Source: a virus (lineage: Duplodnaviria > Caudoviricetes). Taken from it: a stretch of 64,000 bases of DNA. The notes below the pieces were generated by a model that made no database searches, had not been told where the DNA came from, and was given only the letters and a program-made list of their open reading frames with translations. Position numbers and translations under genes: made by a program. Numbering within the stretch: the first letter of the stretch is position 1; each line of letters starts with the position of its first letter. Location: the IMG/VR virus record IMGVR_UViG_3300032030_000005, positions 1-64,000 of that record. The stretch is one strand, 5' to 3'. Below are positions 62,134-64,000 of this stretch, piece after piece.

Positions 62134-62475
62134 TTAGTCGTCGAACTCTTCTTCCCCTTCATACTCTGTAGGCTCGTTACAATAAGGAAGTATATTTTCC
62201 TTAAAAAACTTTTCTGTAAATACGCCACAACGTTTTAATTCGGATAATGTTGTAAGAGAACATCTTTCAACGTTCTCATTGAAAGTAAAGCCGTAAAGAG
62301 CCAGACCGTATTTGAAATCTTTTTCAGTAGGATAGAGACCAAAATGTTCTCTGGATTGCATAGGCATTCCAGAAATTTCTAGTCTAGCTAACATAGCTTT
62401 CTTAGTATCCGGATTAAGTTGAATCTTAAGAGAGCATGTGGGGGTAAGTTCGACCGTAAGAATCTCATCATTCAT
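62134..62475 (-). CDS. Hypothetical early protein
   Basis: AAGGAGG SD; early motif at 62525-62537. Confidence 0.75.
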   Translation of the reverse strand: MNDEILTVELTPTCSLKIQLNPDTKKAMLARLEISGMPMQSREHFGLYPTEKDFKYGLALYGFTFNENVERCSLTTLSELKRCGVFTEKFFKENILPYCNEPTEYEGEEEFDD

Positions 62476-62583
62476 AATTATTGTCCTCCTTAAAAATAAA
62501 AAATGAATATGATTTTACATGAATATAATATATATTTAAAAACATAAAGTTATATTTTTAAAGAAAAGTGAGGTGCTACTACG

Positions 62584-63441
62584 ATGCAATATTTCCATGA
62601 AGAAAAGATATTAAGTACTTTTAATACTAAAGCGGCTAAGAAAAGAAGAGATAAAGTTAATAAGACTCAAGAACTTTTAGAATCATTTGATGCTTTAAGA
62701 CAGACTGATGATATCATAGAAGAAAGACAAGAAAAGGCTTTACATGAAAGTTTAATGAATTCTTTTTCTAAAACAGGTAAAGAACTTGAAAAAGAAAATA
62801 CTATTAGAGATGTAAATCATAAAACTGATTATATTAATGAACAAATCGATACACTTGCTAGAGATTTATTCTTCTATACAGTATATGAATCACTTTTAGT
62901 TGATGAAGTTATTAAAAATGCTAACTATGAATATATTAGAGAGCAAGCTTATGAATTCTATGATAAATGTAATGAAAAAGGTATGTTAGTAGTTAAAGAA
63001 AATAGTGGTTTTGATGATTTACTTGGCACAGCTATTTGTAATCTTAAAGAAGAATTAGTTAATAATAATAGTTGTGATATTGGTAAAGTTCTTGAAGAAA
63101 CTGTTAATGATAAGAACTTCTTAACATTCTACGCTACCGAATCTATTAAGCTTAAGACTGCTGAAAGTCTTAGGAATGAAAAGAAGGCTTCTATTATTAA
63201 GGAAGAATTAATAAGTGAAGAAAAGTATGTTGATCCTTCTAAGTCATTATTCAGATTCCTTTTTGAAAGTAATATTCGTGATATTATCGATAAGACTGAT
63301 ATTACAGATCCAGAAAATCTTCAAGACATGGCTATGCTTGAAACTATTTTAGATTATACTATTATGGAAACTGCTAATACATTAGAATTAGTTAATTTCT
63401 CTAATCTTAAGTCTATCTGTAATAAACCTATTACTGTTTAA
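62584..63441 (+). CDS. Hypothetical late protein (candidate head/scaffold-associated)
   Basis: Late promoter 62541-62552; many L/I/F-x-E motifs. Confidence 0.7.
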   Translation: MQYFHEEKILSTFNTKAAKKRRDKVNKTQELLESFDALRQTDDIIEERQEKALHESLMNSFSKTGKELEKENTIRDVNHKTDYINEQIDTLARDLFFYTVYESLLVDEVIKNANYEYIREQAYEFYDKCNEKGMLVVKENSGFDDLLGTAICNLKEELVNNNSCDIGKVLEETVNDKNFLTFYATESIKLKTAESLRNEKKASIIKEELISEEKYVDPSKSLFRFLFESNIRDIIDKTDITDPENLQDMAMLETILDYTIMETANTLELVNFSNLKSICNKPITV

Positions 63442-63447
63442 AATAAT

Positions 63448-63474
63448 ACCCCTAAAGTCTATAGACTTTAGGGG
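63448..63474. terminator. Bidirectional terminator (CCCTAAAG family)
   Basis: cccctaaagtc-tata-gactttagggg between convergent genes. Confidence 0.8.
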
Positions 63475-63481
63475 ATATTTT

Positions 63482-64000
63482 TTAAATATAAATATGATAT
63501 CTAATATTAAATGAACTTGCTAATTCTTTTGATAAAGACATATTTTCAAATGTTAATCTACTTGCAAGACAAACAGTAGACATATCAATATCAGTTATAA
63601 TACCTGAATTACTTAAATCACAGTTAGCCATTACTAGACCAATTTCACTAAATGATTTACCAACAAGATCATTTCTAGTAATATCGAATTTAATAATATA
63701 TTCTACTTCAAAATTAGTAGGATTTATTTTAATTTCAGATTTAGTAGTATCTATAGATTTACAATAAAAATTATCATCATCATTTAAACTACTTGGTGAA
63801 AAATATTTAGTGAGTCCTGTAGTATTATCAATAACACGATCACTATCAAATGTAAGATTATTAAGATATGCATCTGTATTTTGATAACTATTATTACCGC
63901 CATTACCACCATTATTAGCATTTTCAGGTCTAGGAATCATAGGAACAGGAACAAACATTGTTGAATCTGTTGTTAAAGTACTATCGCTAGTGAAATTATC
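63482..64000 (-). CDS. 3' part of a baseplate/tail-collar-like structural gene extending beyond the window
   Basis: Frame stays open to the window edge; FSEIGLV...LASRLTF motif. Confidence 0.6.
   Translation of the reverse strand, partial: DNFTSDSTLTTDSTMFVPVPMIPRPENANNGGNGGNNSYQNTDAYLNNLTFDSDRVIDNTTGLTKYFSPSSLNDDDNFYCKSIDTTKSEIKINPTNFEVEYIIKFDITRNDLVGKSFSEIGLVMANCDLSNSGIITDIDMSTVCLASRLTFENMSLSKELASSFNIRYHIYI

Noticed and set aside
1-64000. CRISPR array
   Set aside because: No regularly spaced direct repeats with unique spacers were seen
1-64000. Stop-codon reassignment
   Set aside because: Long genes are intact in the standard code; TAA dominates but TGA and TAG also terminate genes

Overview
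A 64-kb, very AT-rich segment of a jumbo myophage genome. By protein motifs it resembles the AR9/PBS1/phiR1-37 type: split multisubunit RNA polymerase, split family-B DNA polymerase, GroEL, HU, and T4-like portal, sheath, tube and baseplate genes. A dockerin-like motif, a GH113 glycosidase, a Gram-positive-type endolysin and strong Firmicute-type SD sites point to a cellulosome-producing clostridial (Ruminococcus-like) host; this is inference. Two promoter classes can be read from the DNA. An early-type motif (A/T)(A/T)ATATATATTAT precedes accessory and RNAP genes, and an AR9-like late motif AAC(A/T)-N6-TA precedes structural genes. The most striking unexplained feature is five ORF-free, hairpin-rich minus-strand units (43927-44314, 44345-44759, 52563-52720, 52805-53058, 55733-56088). 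Each lies between its own early promoter and a hairpin/U-tract, and they look like a set of early phage non-coding RNAs. Three carry ACATGT-centred palindromes and one has anti-SD-like C-rich motifs. Other highlights: six cytoplasmic BspA/DUF285-like LRR paralogs, four sharing a C-terminal 'box'; a membrane-anchored dockerin protein; a probable -1 frameshift in a baseplate-hub chaperone gene; and an 83-nt insert in the sheath gene ribosome-binding site. All annotations come from motif recognition by eye; no database search or folding was run.
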